Positions 1 through 13,499 of a stretch of DNA of 64,000 nt are shown in pieces. A model generated the notes under the pieces. The model made no database searches. It saw nothing but the letters and a program-made list of their open reading frames with translations, and was not told where the DNA came from. The stretch comes from the human T2T-CHM13v2.0 reference genome, Homo sapiens. The DNA is taken from assembly GCF_009914755.1 (NCBI RefSeq), contig NC_060947.1; one strand, 5' to 3'. Every line of letters begins with the position of its first letter. The first letter of the stretch is position 1. Both the position numbers and the translations under genes were made by a program.

Positions 1-2174
1 AAAAATAGCTCTATTCCTGCCTTTGAATTCTTTCTTTATTGGAGTCCTAGACAGCATGCATGTCAAAGTCCCGTACTTGGTCTTATTACACCACAAATCT
101 CTTCCAGTAATGTCCTGCCCCTCACCCTCAGTATCATCTCATTTTCTGTACCTCTTTCTTTCTTTGTGTTAAGGTTCCATTTCTCTCTTCCTTCACATTC
201 TAATACCTAACTGAAACTGCATATTGGACCACATTACGTTCTCTCACTGTCCACCTCCTCTGCATTTCACTATTTCTTTCTCTTTTATTCAACCTGATAA
301 GCAGCACTTTATGACAGCTTATTATCTTACAGCTGTTAATGTTCTATATCATTTTCAATCATTCCCCATAGTTTTGACTACATCGTGTCTCAGCTCCTGT
401 GTTTTGGTTCAGCAACAGTGGTTTGGTATTATAGTGTCCATCTACCTACAACATTAATATTACCCACCTTCTCTTCCTCCTGACTTATTTCCTCTAGGAC
501 AAGTCCATCTAATTATCCAGTCTTCTCTCTTGCTTTCTGTGCCACAATGCTCTCTACTTCCTAAGATCAGTGTCCTATTTCCTTTCTTGACAGATTAGCT
601 TGTTTTTTTTCTAGCCACAGAGCCTTACACTACATTTATTATATGGTTCATCCTCGTCTTCACTCAGCCTCCCACCTCTAGTCGCTGGTTATGGATCACA
701 GTATTCTATTAGCTTCTGATCATTTTTTAACCTTCTTCTTCCCCTCCTCTAGCATATATAAGGTGATACACCCCTGAAAGATATTTTCTTTCTATTATTC
801 CAAAGTAAGAATGAACAAACATGAAATAATTTATCATTCTATAACCGTCCTCCACCCCCTCCCTTCCAAATTCAGGTCTCCTTTTTCTCTGGTGAGTTCA
901 AACTGTCATATGTTTATTTAGCACATTTTCACATTCAAAGCATTTAAGGAGCTAATTAATCCTTAGAGTACCCTTCTGCAATGCACCTAGGCTATAGAGG
1001 CAGTTGACATTAAGGTGGGAGCAAAGCTCAAGAATTTCTGTTTTCCAAATCACTGTTCAGACTACATTTTCTTTCACTCTGTCTCTCTGTGATTGAAATA
1101 AGTACCATCATGAATAAATTATGTTGATTAATTTATAAGGAAGCTGCTAGAAAATGGGTGACTTTCCTGGTACTCCCAATTTTTCTATCAGATCCATGTT
1201 AGTCTTCTATGAGCAGCTTTGAGGCAGCTGGGAATCAAACCACAGAACAAGATGAAAACATACCATGTTTTTCTTTCTTTTTCATCCAGAAAGACAGAAT
1301 TATTCACCTATATCTGTAATTACTTCAAGTCATTTCCAAGAATACAGCAAGAAGATCATGTATGTGGATGTGCGTACAAGTGTTGACAAAACGTGGATGA
1401 TGAGGGGAAGAGGACTACGTTGTAGTATAGTTTTATGTTGGTCTGGTAGATCACATTATTACAGACACAATGAGTGAGAGGAAAGAGCTCCCTTATCCCC
1501 TTACCAGGATCTCTTTGCTTTTTTCATAAAAGAAAAAGAAAATACACTCTTTCAGCCCTATGGCTTATATGCTATATGAGGCCATTTGGGATTTATAGTT
1601 TGGCTATTAAGGAGGGAAACGAGTTATTGAGTGCCAAATCACTGTTTTATCTGGCTGTTATTATTATGTTACCAAGCAGTAAGGAAGGGCTTTTGTATAA
1701 TGAGAAAAAATTACTAGCAATTAAATGATGTTCTTTGTTCTTTTTTTCAGTTCAAATGCAATAGGTAATTGTTTAACTGTTACATCCAAATTGTGGAGGC
1801 CATTGGTGATCATTAATAAATAAACTGTATGTGCAATTGCATACTGAAGAAGCCAGCTCAGTCAACACTTTTTTGATCAGATAAAAAATACAGCAAACAA
1901 TCTTAAACATATTGGGCTCAATTACTATTGCCTTGCCCTGCTGTAGACATTGCTCTTCAACCCCTTGGGTAGAATACAGTCATAGTTGAAAGAAAAGTCA
2001 GATTAACTGAAACTTTTCCTGTTCATGAACATTATTCATAGAAGAATAGACCATTTCCTTTTGAGAGGTGAAGGGCTTTTGTGGTGCTTATTGAAAGATG
2101 CAGGGAGTTTGCCATAGCTATATTGGTGCAATTTTTTTTCAACTAATAGGTCAAATAGTCATCTTAGTCAGTTA

Positions 2175-2300
2175 TACTTCACATGGGTTATCTCATTTGA
2201 TATTCATTTATCTCCATTTGCAGATGAGGTAACTAAGCTTGGGGGATTAAGTGACTTGGAAAAATTTATATATCTAGGAAATGGTGGAGCTGGGAAGTAA
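2175..2300 (-). mobile_element. MIR SINE fragment
   Basis: MIR core 'ctccatttgcagatgaggtaactaagctt...taagtgacttg' in antisense. Confidence 0.6.
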
Positions 2301-3000
2301 CTTCAGAAAGATCGCTCCTGACTATTATATTGTATCACCTCATCCCAGGCTCAGGCATGGGAGAAGGCCCAGAGTTGTGTTTTAAAACTGTAATTGCTAA
2401 TAAAACTTTCTTTGAAGAATGCAATTGAATGGTTTTCCTTTTATGACATATAAAAATGTCCCCAAGTAAAACAAACACACAAAACAAACAAAAAATATAA
2501 AGTACCACCCTTTAAAATTGCCATAAATTCTCATCTATTCATCTCTTTCCCAAGGCTCAAATCTTCACATCTACCTGGCAATGATGATTAGAAAACACAT
2601 GCACTGTAAAAAATGCTATTCCATTAAAATATTACCTGGTTAACAGAATGCTATTTGTAAAGTCAACAAGATAGTAACAATTCATTTGTGATTTGCTATC
2701 CACCTAGATGGAGTGAGCATGTTCTTCAGACCTGAGCTATAGAAATCTCACTTTCTCTAATAATAACAATGCAAAAACCAAACCAAATCAATGTATTGCA
2801 ATTATAATATGAAGGTAGCCATGACAGCTTTCACTGAATTTCACGCTTCAGATTCATGGCAATTCAACATCACTAAAACCAAGCAAGAATTTCTGTTCAT
2901 TAAAAGCCATAAAGAAAATAAATGACAAACTATAATTTGGAAAAAGATATTTGCAACACATATGACGAACAGAGGATTAGTATCCAGGCTTTACATGTAT

Positions 3001-3009
3001 ACACAGACA

Positions 3010-3043
<34 letters not shown>
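3001..3043. repeat. (CA)n microsatellite
   Basis: Seen directly. Confidence 0.95.
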
Positions 3044-3155
3044 TATTTTTATGTATCCTTTAAATCAATAAGAAAAAGAGATAAACTCATAGTAAAATGA
3101 GCAAAACACATACAGTTGGAGACATGGACAAGAATGTTTATAGAATTGCTGTTCC

Positions 3156-3240
3156 TAAACTTCTTTTTGTTATAAATTACCCAGCCTCAGTATTCCTTTA
3201 CGGCAACACAAGATGGACGAAGACAGTACCCAAATATCAG
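3156..3240 (+). repeat. Direct copy of 5855-5940 (MST LTR 3' end plus flank)
   Basis: About 7 differences in 86 nt by manual alignment; includes the non-LTR flank 'tacccaaatatcag'. Confidence 0.9.
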
Positions 3241-3682
3241 CCCTGAACTGGTACAAACCAAAGTTGTATTAATAGTGGAATGGATTGATAGATTGTGTTA
3301 TATCCTCAATACTACATAGCAGTGAAAGTTAGCAAAGTACATCTTCACACCACCAGTCAGATGATTCTCAAGACGTTGCATGAAAAAAGCAAGTGGAAAA
3401 ATAACATGTTCTTGTTTTTTAAAAACTATGCTCCAAATCATACAAAACTAAACAAAATGTTATATGGAGCTATAAATTTATGTGACAAAACTATGAAGAA
3501 ATGCAAGAGAATGCTAAACACATGATTCAAAATAGTGATTACCTCTCAGGAGGATAGACAGGCATAGGATCAAAGAAGGGTACTCAGGAGACATTGAAGT
3601 TGACAGTCATTTGTTATATTTAAAATTAGTTGGTAGTAGAGACACATGTTCATTGTATCATTATTCTTTATAAATGTATTAA

Positions 3683-4033
<351 letters not shown>

Positions 4034-5497
4034 TGAGTATATATATTTTAAAGATGTGATGTAACATTGGTTAAGATAGAGAGATCTAACCCAAACTCTG
4101 TGGGCCAACATATTTTGAAAAGGAATTTGTGATGCTGATCTATTCCTTCATGTCAGAGTGCTTCCTTATCCTACAATGCAACCATCTAGCCATAATATTC
4201 AAAGATGGGGAATACATCACCCCTCTTGACTGGATCTTCTATCCAAGGGAAAAACCAGAGCCTTAGACAAGCATATGTAGAGAGCTAAGTGTGTATTGTG
4301 AAAAGTGGGACAAATATTAAATTGGGTTTATTCAGACCTATGGAGTGTCCATTGTAGGCCTCTTAATTGCATTTCCAGACTGAATTCACAGCATGTATTC
4401 CTTCACCTATTCCACCCCAACTTTTTTTCTCAACTTCAGGCCCACACTGTTTCATCAACGTATTCTTTTATTTACAATTTGTTTTCAACAGATTGAGGGG
4501 GAATGGACACGAAACCAACAAGCAGGCACCAATCTCAACAGTTAATGAGGCAGGGAGGCATAACAAATCCCAAAAATTATTTCTGAATTGCAAATTTGCC
4601 ATGAAAGCTGAAAAAATGACTGGCTTCCTCTGATAGACTTGCATTGCCATAAATGATAAATGAAGCACAGATTTCATTATTCATTTTTTAAAGTGAAATT
4701 AGCTTACACTACTACATAACATTTATTTAACCCCTTTTAAAATGCATTCATTTAATAGCCCCAGAAATCATCAATAAAGAGGAAGGTTACTACTACCTAG
4801 CCTATCTTGGAGCAATTTAAACTCCTGTAGGCAAACTTCCTCATTATCACACAGCCATAACGTGACCTTGGGGGGATAGGTGAGGATGTCACTCTGTATT
4901 TCTGTACTTGGACTTCACCATTTACCTAAGACAAATTTTTAGATTTTTTGTCCAAAATGTTTCTTACCTCAACATGATATAAGTTGTCAGGCAAATATGA
5001 ATTTATCTACATATCTCATTGTGGGGCCATAAGCATTCCAAAAGCATGTGGTCCCACAGAAAAGAGGAATGAAAAAAAATGGTATTTTTAATACTCTGAT
5101 TAGTAATAAATACATCCTAAGAAAAAGTCCCAGATACGGGGTCTCTAGATATGAAGGAGTTAGGGGTAGCAATGAGAGGGAGGATGAGAAAGCAGAATGA
5201 AATGAGGAGCTCTCAGCAAGGCAAAGCCTGGTGGCAGCAGGTGCCCTGCAGTGTACTCTAAATTAGTGGTTAGCAGCTTTCCTTTTTCCAGTTGCAACAT
5301 ACAAGAAGGAGGATGTTGAAGTCTAATCTCACATCTTTGAATATGCCCAGAGTTATATGAAATACTCCATTTCCTGTGTGTAACTCTGCCCCTTTCTCTA
5401 CCACCCAAGAAAGCATTAATGGAACGTGAGTAAGTCAAAGTGATGCCCTTAGGATAGCTTTGATTTCATGCTCCCTTTCAAAAAATTAAATGATAAC

Positions 5498-5925
5498 TGC
5501 TATAGTTGGGATGTTTGTCCCCTCTAAATCTCATGTGGAAATGATCTCTGATGTTGGAGGTGGGACGTAATCGGTGGTGTTTGGGTCATGGGGGACCCGC
5601 CCCCATGAATAGCTTGGTGCCCTCCCGGAAGGGTGAGTGAGTTCTTGCTCTATTAGTTCCCATGAGAGCTGGTTGCTAAAAAGAGCCTGGAACCTCCCTC
5701 TTCTCTCTTCCTTGCCTTCTCCCTTGCCATGTGATCCCTGCATATGCCAGATCTCCTTCGCCTTCTGCCATGAGTGGAAACAGCCCTGAGGCCCTCACCA
5801 GATACACATGCTGGTGCCATGCTTCTTGTACAGCCTGCAGAACTGTGAGCCAAATAAACCTCTTTTTGTTATAAATTACCCAGCCTCAGGCATTCCTTTA
5901 TGGCAACACAAGGTGGATGAAGACA
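5498..5925 (+). mobile_element. MaLR solo LTR (MSTB-like)
   Basis: tgctatagtt...agaca termini, 'aataaacctc...ataaattacccagcctcagg', imperfect 5-bp TSD ataac/atacc. Confidence 0.9.
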
Positions 5926-6789
5926 ATACCCAAATATCAGTACTTAAAGTATTATTTTCATCAAATTCCTTGTGACATCCCTAACAACTTATAGATATAC
6001 ATACCAGTTAGTGCCGCTTCTAGTTGCACTCTGTCATCTGGCAAATTCTACACCTTAATTTTTATGGCTAGAGTCTGAATAAGAAGTGATCTCATTCTTT
6101 TAATTTCTCATATACCCCTGGGTCTGGTGCTGTAGGTAATGCAATGATAAATACTTCTAAAGAGAGATTGGCAAATGGTTTATACAGTGTTCTTAGAATA
6201 AGATGCTGAGGAGGAAGAAATACTGCTTTTTGAAAGGTTTGCCCTTCCATAAGAGACAACAAAGAATGTGCTTTGTTGACTGACTCTAGACAGATTTTTA
6301 CCCATTTTGTTATTTTGTTCTATTCCACTGTTGCTGTATGTTTTTCTAACTTTTTTGTTTGGCAATTGTGATCTATGAGTATGTCTTTAAAATCATTGAA
6401 ATACTATTTGAGCCTGGGAATTTCTTACGTGTATACAATATGTTGTGGCATATGGAGAGTCTAGGTGGCAGGCAATTTGGATAGTGGCCACACTCACTAA
6501 TCAGAAGACAGACTTCACATGTGCTTACTTTGGAAGGTACTATTGATCCCACAGTGACCTTTCCAGTTACACTCACACACAGTTCATAACGGGTTTTCAA
6601 GTAGTGTCAATGCATAAAAAGGTTAACTGAGATTTAAATACTGTGTAATGGTTAAAGGCCAATGACTGGGGAACCTCATTGGCTAAGCTTGTTACACCTC
6701 ACAACCAATGGGACTGTGTGTCATTTTAAAAGTTGTTGAGTTTTGTTCTATTGCTACATAAAGTCAGCAAATATTATCACTATTAATGA

Positions 6790-6950
6790 CAGCTATAATG
6801 ATGATAATATTGCCCAGGCACCTTGCTAAGCCCTTACTCTTGGAGGTAGGAAGAATATTCTTTATTTTACAAATGAGGAGACCGAATTACAGAATCCTTA
6901 AGGTACAAGTAAAAAAACTGGTGTTTGAACTATGTTGTCTTGTATTCTTA
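6790..6950 (-). mobile_element. MIR fragment
   Basis: 'gcccaggcaccttgctaag...tattttacaaatgaggagaccga'. Confidence 0.55.
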
Positions 6951-6986
6951 ACCAAAATGAAATACTGCTTCCCCAGTGGGCCTTTC

Positions 6987-7284
6987 TTTTTATTTGTTCA
7001 TTTCATATGGTAGTCTGAGCATCAGCTCGGTCTCATCTTTATTAAGAATGTGATTTTTTTTTTCCCCAACGCATTTGCAACTTTCATTAAAGCACACTAC
7101 TTGAGCCCCTAACATTTTTAAATAAAGATAACTTACCTGTGATTTTGGATACTCCAGAAGACACCTACTTACCTGCCTATCCTATCTACCATTCCAGATG
7201 CCCCTGGTTGTCCAAGATGAGTCTCATGGAGACCTGGAGCCCCAAAGTATCCCTAAACCATGTGCCCAGGGCCCAAGATACAGT
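6987..7284 (+). repeat. Left arm of a long non-TE inverted repeat
   Basis: Reverse complement of 8078-8383; core 7071-7212 differs from 8150-8291 at 5 of 142 positions. Confidence 0.95.
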
Positions 7285-8077
7285 ACTAGGGTCACTGGGC
7301 TCCCCTGGGATTGAAGACAGTCTTCCTTAGGAATCTTTTATTAGGAACTAAGAATTCCCATTTGTTTGATGAGGTTTGTTGAACACATCTTTAGAAATGA
7401 AGAAATCTCTAATAAAGATGATTCTCAACCTGTGAATTAGCTATGTTTAATGACTCATCCCAGACCAGCTTTGCACAACTCTCTATTTTATGCTTCTTGA
7501 CTGTTTCTTTGACTGCCCATCTATGTGTGCTGAGGGAATACAAATTTAAGTTTAGTAGGAGCCTGAGCAAAATGTAATTGAGAAGGTAACTTCCCTCCAA
7601 ATAATATTAAAGGTAAAATAGAAATGATTTAAAAATTATCAGTGTTACATTCATTGATGTGAATAATCAAGAAATGACTATACAGCCTCATATTTTGGGC
7701 CCCAGTAATTCACAATTTGTGATTAAATTCCTGCGCAGTTCCTGTTCAAATTACCACTGCACTATCTCTGAATGAATGGTTAGCTAAGCAAAGTAATAGT
7801 GTAAACAAGTTTGCAAAGGGGCATGTTTAACTTGGGAGGGATCGATCTCTTTTTAAAGGCTTTGATACATTAATTATTTACACTGAAATTTTGTTTTTGT
7901 AGAACTGATCAGTCCAGTTACAAACTGGAGTAATTAGGTATATTTAAAACAACTAAAAACAACCAAATAACATTCATAATACATTTAATATCAATGGCTT
8001 TTTGGTAAAGTAGATCATGCAATTTCATGAATTGCTTTATTATTAAAGTTCCAAGACTTAGTCCCCTGGCTTACCAA

Positions 8078-8383
8078 ACTGAATCTTCGACTCTGGGCAC
8101 ATGATTTAGGGACACCTTGAGGCTTCAGGTTTCTGTGAGCCTCCCCATTGACAACCAGGGGCATCTGGAATGGTAGATGGGATAGGCAGGTAAGTAGGTG
8201 CCTTCTGGAGTATCCAGAATCACAGGTAAGTTATCTTTATTTAAAAATGTTAGGGGCTCAAGTAGTATACTTTAATGAAAGTTGCAAATGCATTGAAAAA
8301 AATCATATTCTTAGTTTACCAGAGTAAGGGTGAGACAGAACTGATGCCCAGACTCTACCATATAAAATAAGCAAATGAAAAAA
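8078..8383 (-). repeat. Right arm of a long non-TE inverted repeat
   Basis: Reverse complement of 6987-7284. Confidence 0.95.
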
Positions 8384-8619
8384 TGCTTTGAAACCATTTA
8401 GGGGAGAAACTCTGATGTTACATATGCCCCCTTACCCTTCCTTTGGCTTTTTCTAGGTGTTTTTTTATTTCGTTTCAGTTGCCAGAAACATTTTAAATGG
8501 GTTGAGACAAGGGGAAACAAGGAGTGTTTGATACATGATGGCAGGGGAAACTAAAAAAAGCTTGACTTGGTTATTTTCTCCCCACCTCCAACATATACAC
8601 AGTACCTGGGACAGAGACA

Positions 8620-9062
8620 GCCAGTTGACACTCAATAGCTGTTCTCTCCATTTGTAATAGAATCCTGAATTTAGCAGAAAACACGCTTAATACTACATTT
8701 CCCAGCCTTAGAATTGTCACGTGGCTAAGGTCTGTCACTAGTGTATAAGTTAAAATTTCACATGTGACTTCTGCAGTGTCCTTAAAGAAAACTGATGCAC
8801 TGTGCTTTCCTCTCTATTCCTACTGCCTGGAGAGGTGACATGATAGCCAGAGTTAAAGCAATCATCTTGGGTCATAAGCATGAGAGACACACTCTAGGGA
8901 TGATGGAGCCTATGTACCTGGTAACTACGTGGAACTGCCAAGCCATCCCTATATTGTCAACCTCTAGATTTCTCTTGTGGGCGGATTAAGCTTTGTGTGT
9001 TTAAGCCACTGTTAATTTGGGTTTTCTGTCACTCACAGCTGTACCTAATCCTAACTGATACA
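8620..9062 (+). mobile_element. Old MaLR LTR (MLT1J-like)
   Basis: 'actacatttcccagcc', 'tttaagccactgttaatttgggttttctgtcactcacagctg...cctaactgataca' end. Confidence 0.7.
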
Positions 9063-10406
9063 GCATTTAATCAAGTTCTTTCCTAATAGAGGGAATCTAT
9101 TGCATGGACAAAGGGCAGAGAAGGCCCTTTGGAAGGGGATTATTTCTTGGTGATTTTATTGACACCAGGTCAAAGCAGTCTTGTGTTTATGAAACATATC
9201 ATGGGTTGTGGAAATGACTGAGGCACTTAGCCTCTTTGTGTCAGTAGCTTCACACTGCCAACATTTTGCCTTTGTGCGTACCACTTGCTGGTTTGCAACA
9301 ACAGATACAACTATGAATCCTTCTCGACCTATATATTAACTGTCTGAATGCAAACTTAATACAAACCGGGTTATTCTCTAATGATTGCAGTCAAGATGGG
9401 AAGAGTGGAATCTTGGCAATGCAATCTATCACTATGCCAAAGACCCTATGATTGCCTGTTTCAGTACCACACACTAGAAATAACCTGTAAGAGAAAGGCA
9501 GACCTACTTTGCTTGCAAATTGCTAAACTCCCCTCCTCATGTCACCATTCTGGAACTGTTGAATTACATCAAAAGTTTACAACCCAAAATTGATCACCTT
9601 GGCCAATTTACACAAGAAGGATCAATATAATCAGTTCCCCCCTCTTTAAATGTTAACAAATTCTTTAACATAACACGCCTGACCATGGGATACAGATTAA
9701 AATTAGATACAGAATTAAGTTCCTTCTTCACAGTAAAAGAGTCGATTTGAAAATCCTGATAATCAGCCCGAGCTGCCCACAAGGCTTGGCTTTATAGCAT
9801 TTAATAAGAAAGGAAGCTTGCTTCCCACAAACGTAATGATTTTTGTTTAATTCAGTAAAGGGAAAGACAGAAACAATAAGTGGGTTAGGGATTCTCCAGT
9901 TAATGGTCACTATTCCATCCAAGGAAGGAACAGCTTTGAGCTCTGTATGGCAGATCCCTGTCCCCATCCTCTGGGAAACACCTGTCAAGGAGAGTGTAAA
10001 GGTCCCCATTCATCTCCTCCTTCTGCTGAGAGAAGGGCTGCATCGTTGTCAAGGGTATGCTAGACTAGCCTTACCTAGAAAGGCCACTTCTACACATACA
10101 CACAGCAAAGACCATGATCATCCTCAGACAGGCGTGACCGAAGTCAAGCTCAGTGCAACTTCTGATGGAATGATGCATACCCAAAAGCTTCAACATGGGC
10201 CTATCTACTACTTGGAGGCAGAACAGACTTGTGGGAAAATTGTAAAGTAGTGCCCTCTTCCCCTTCTTCTGCTTGTGATATCTCTAACAGAGGCCAGTGC
10301 CTTCCAGATCCCATTGTTCTCTTTCCATTCCAGTCACACTTTATGTGAGCTGTGATGTTGGATAGGTGGTTACAAGTGAACTCACACTCATTAAGTTTGC
10401 ATGTTA

Positions 10407-10866
<460 letters not shown>

Positions 10867-10939
10867 TCACAAGCCTCCCTCTGGCTATAACCTGGTTTTA
10901 TTTTTTTCTAGCTTCTCTTTTCAATACCAACCACCACCA

Positions 10940-11220
10940 CTTATTGCATGTATGCTTTGTGCCAGGGACTCTAATATACTTTACACACACATGCACATAG
11001 CTCATTTCATCATTAAATGAACCCGAATGAGATAGGTACTATGTCATCTCCTTTTCACAAGTGGGAATGATGTGACAAAGAAAGGCAAAACAATGTAAAC
11101 AAATACGCATTCAACTAAAATACGAACTCTACAAGTGTCGGGATTTTTGTGTTTTTCACACTGTATTTTGTACATCTAGAAACAATGTTTGGCACATAAT
11201 AGGAACACAATAAATATTGT
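10940..11220. mobile_element. MIR (-) fragment followed by an L2 3' end (+)
   Basis: 'tgtgccaggg...gagataggtact' and 'tctagaaacaatgtttggcacataataggaacacaataaat'. Confidence 0.5.
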
Positions 11221-11239
11221 ACCTACCTGTAAGAAGTAG

Positions 11240-11765
11240 TATTTTTGTCTAGAGTCAATTATTTAAAAACAAATAAACCCACTCAAGCTAGGTTAGGCAA
11301 AGGGGGATTTAGGTTCAGGAATACAGGAAACTTTGCAGACCCCCCCAAGTGACAGGAAATACAGCCAGACTACACGGATACTAGGAAGTGTTGAGGCAGA
11401 TCATTTGTTTCTGTCTGTCCCTTTGGGGCCATGAGGTCTCTCATACATGGTGCGTCTCTGTTCCTAATTTCTTTTCTGCAGATAGAAGCTTCACTGCAAA
11501 GTTTACAGCTCCTCTTTCTTCACATAAGCTTGCACATTAATTTGGTTTGCTGTAATAGTAACTCTGCCTTCAATTTCACAGATACCAGGTAAAACGTTGT
11601 TTCCCCTGCCCATTTCCATTGGCAATTGGGCCAGGTTTCCATCCCAGACCGTATTAGCTGTGATCAGTAGGCGGAGTCATGTGAGCCACCCGTTCCAACC
11701 AGCGGATGGATCAGATTTCCTAAAGAGGTTGTGTAGGCAAGGCAAATATGACTGACATCTCTCAA
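11240..11765 (-). mobile_element. Old ERVL/MaLR LTR relic (LTR33/MLT1-like)
   Basis: 'aaacccactcaagctaggttaggcaaagggggattt' motif; otherwise highly diverged. Confidence 0.4.
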
Positions 11766-11833
11766 CTAGGCAGGTGGCCAGAGACCCAGAGTCGTGTTAG
11801 AAGAGATATGCTATATGCCAGAGGCTTCTAGGA

Positions 11834-12046
11834 CAGAAGTCAGCACACTACTTCTGTAAAGGGCCAGATGGTAAATACTTTAGGTTTTGCAGGCCAGACA
11901 TGATTGCAGTGCAAAAGCTGCCATGGACAATAAGTAAAAGAATAGGTGTGGTGATGTTCCAATACAAGATTACAAAAACAATATAACAATATAAAAACAG
12001 ACAGATGGCTGGATTTGGCCTGAGGGCTGTACTTTGCAGACTCTTG
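11834..12046 (+). mobile_element. MER58A (hAT-Charlie MITE)
   Basis: 'ctgtaaagggccagatggtaaatactttagg...ggatttggcc'; 8-bp TSD ttctagga on both sides. Confidence 0.9.
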
Positions 12047-12918
12047 TTCTAGGACAAAGGCCTCATCAGTAAATAGAACACTTATCCATATTGCTAGCAA
12101 ACTGGCTTCAGGTTCTCTGAACAAACGATATTATTTTGTTTTTACTGATTTCTTCTTGTCTTTAATCATTAATGAATTGCAGTGACCTTGCTGTTATGAT
12201 GTAGAACATCCTGCTAAACAGGGAATGTAAATACTTTGCTATATGATAAGGAGGGTGCTTGAAGAACCAGGTTATACCTATCGGAGCCGTTTAAATGGGA
12301 GTGAGTGATTATGCTACCTATTGCTAAAGTGGTGTAATTATCCAAGGACAAAGGGCTGTTTTTGTGGAAACAATTCATTGCCATCCCTCCCCACCTCTTG
12401 CCAACCCTCTATCAGGATCTTAAGTGAGACATATATTTTAGTGGGTGCTGTGTTCTCTCACTCATTTCATAGGGTACCTCTTTCCAAGGTCTCTTAATAT
12501 AGCATGAGAAATAAAATAAGGGTCCAAAAAAGGATCGGAACTGCAACCAATGTGTGTCGCCATTGACTGCATGGATTGTTTGTCAAGTAGAAAGGCAGAG
12601 TTTTAAATGTAGTTTTATTTTAAAGAGTCGGTGTTTGTAGATGCAGCCCATGTAGCTGGGCTAAGCTTGTAATAACTTCGCAAGTGCTGTGAAGAAGCCC
12701 CAATTTCTCTCTGAAAGTGGTTTTGTCATACTGTAATATAAAAGGATAAGGGAGTAATCTTACCGTGTGTTGCTGGGTGGATGCTGTTCCTGCAGTTTAT
12801 TATATTTAGGTAATGCTTAACTGCACACTTGATAGACATTACTTTTATGTTGTGGCTCCTGGACTGTTTTATGCTCCCCGGCCATTATGCTAAGAAATGA
12901 GGTTCTCTTACCTTTCAG

Positions 12919-12981
12919 AGTTAAAGTCCCCTGCTCCTACCCCATGTCCGAATAAAAGACTCTGACAGTGTAACTATACAG
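12919..12981 (+). other. Candidate non-coding exon (63 nt)
   Basis: Acceptor ttctcttacctttcAG and donor cag|GTAAGC; stops in all three frames. Confidence 0.3.
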
Positions 12982-13499
12982 GTAAGCTCTCACTTTCTCA
13001 ACTAAAAAAGAATGAGTCTACTCTGAAAGTCTTGGGGCCCTTAAAGTGGACGGATTTGTCAGTAAAATAACAGGGAGTCAGTTGAGTCAACACATTAATT
13101 AAATGCCCTTATACAGAGCTGTCCTCAAAATAAGGAGCCATTGCCCAGCCACTGGTGGTGGATTGAGGGGGGAGGAGAAGGCAATGAGGGTAGCTGTGGT
13201 AAGCACTAGTTCCTAATTATACATCTCTTCAAAGCTGAGGTTGAGCTGCCCACTTCCACGTCACTCCTCCCTTAGGCAGCATTATGCTTCCCTGACTTCT
13301 CCCTTGACCCCCACCCCCACCTTGGTAATGAGCTATGTTATGGGTAACTTATCCCAAGAAAAGAAAGATCATGAGGATAAATGATAGATCTGGCCTTTAC
13401 AGCCAAAACAGTTTCTGCGATCCAATTCTCTTAAGTCTGGTGTTGCAGAATGACATTTTAAACACTTGAAGAATAGCACCTTCAGTAAATTGGCTTTAG

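Noticed and set aside
9843-10250. 135-aa ORF in unique DNA
   Set aside because: Starts at a non-ATG codon, no recognisable domain, no convincing splice sites.
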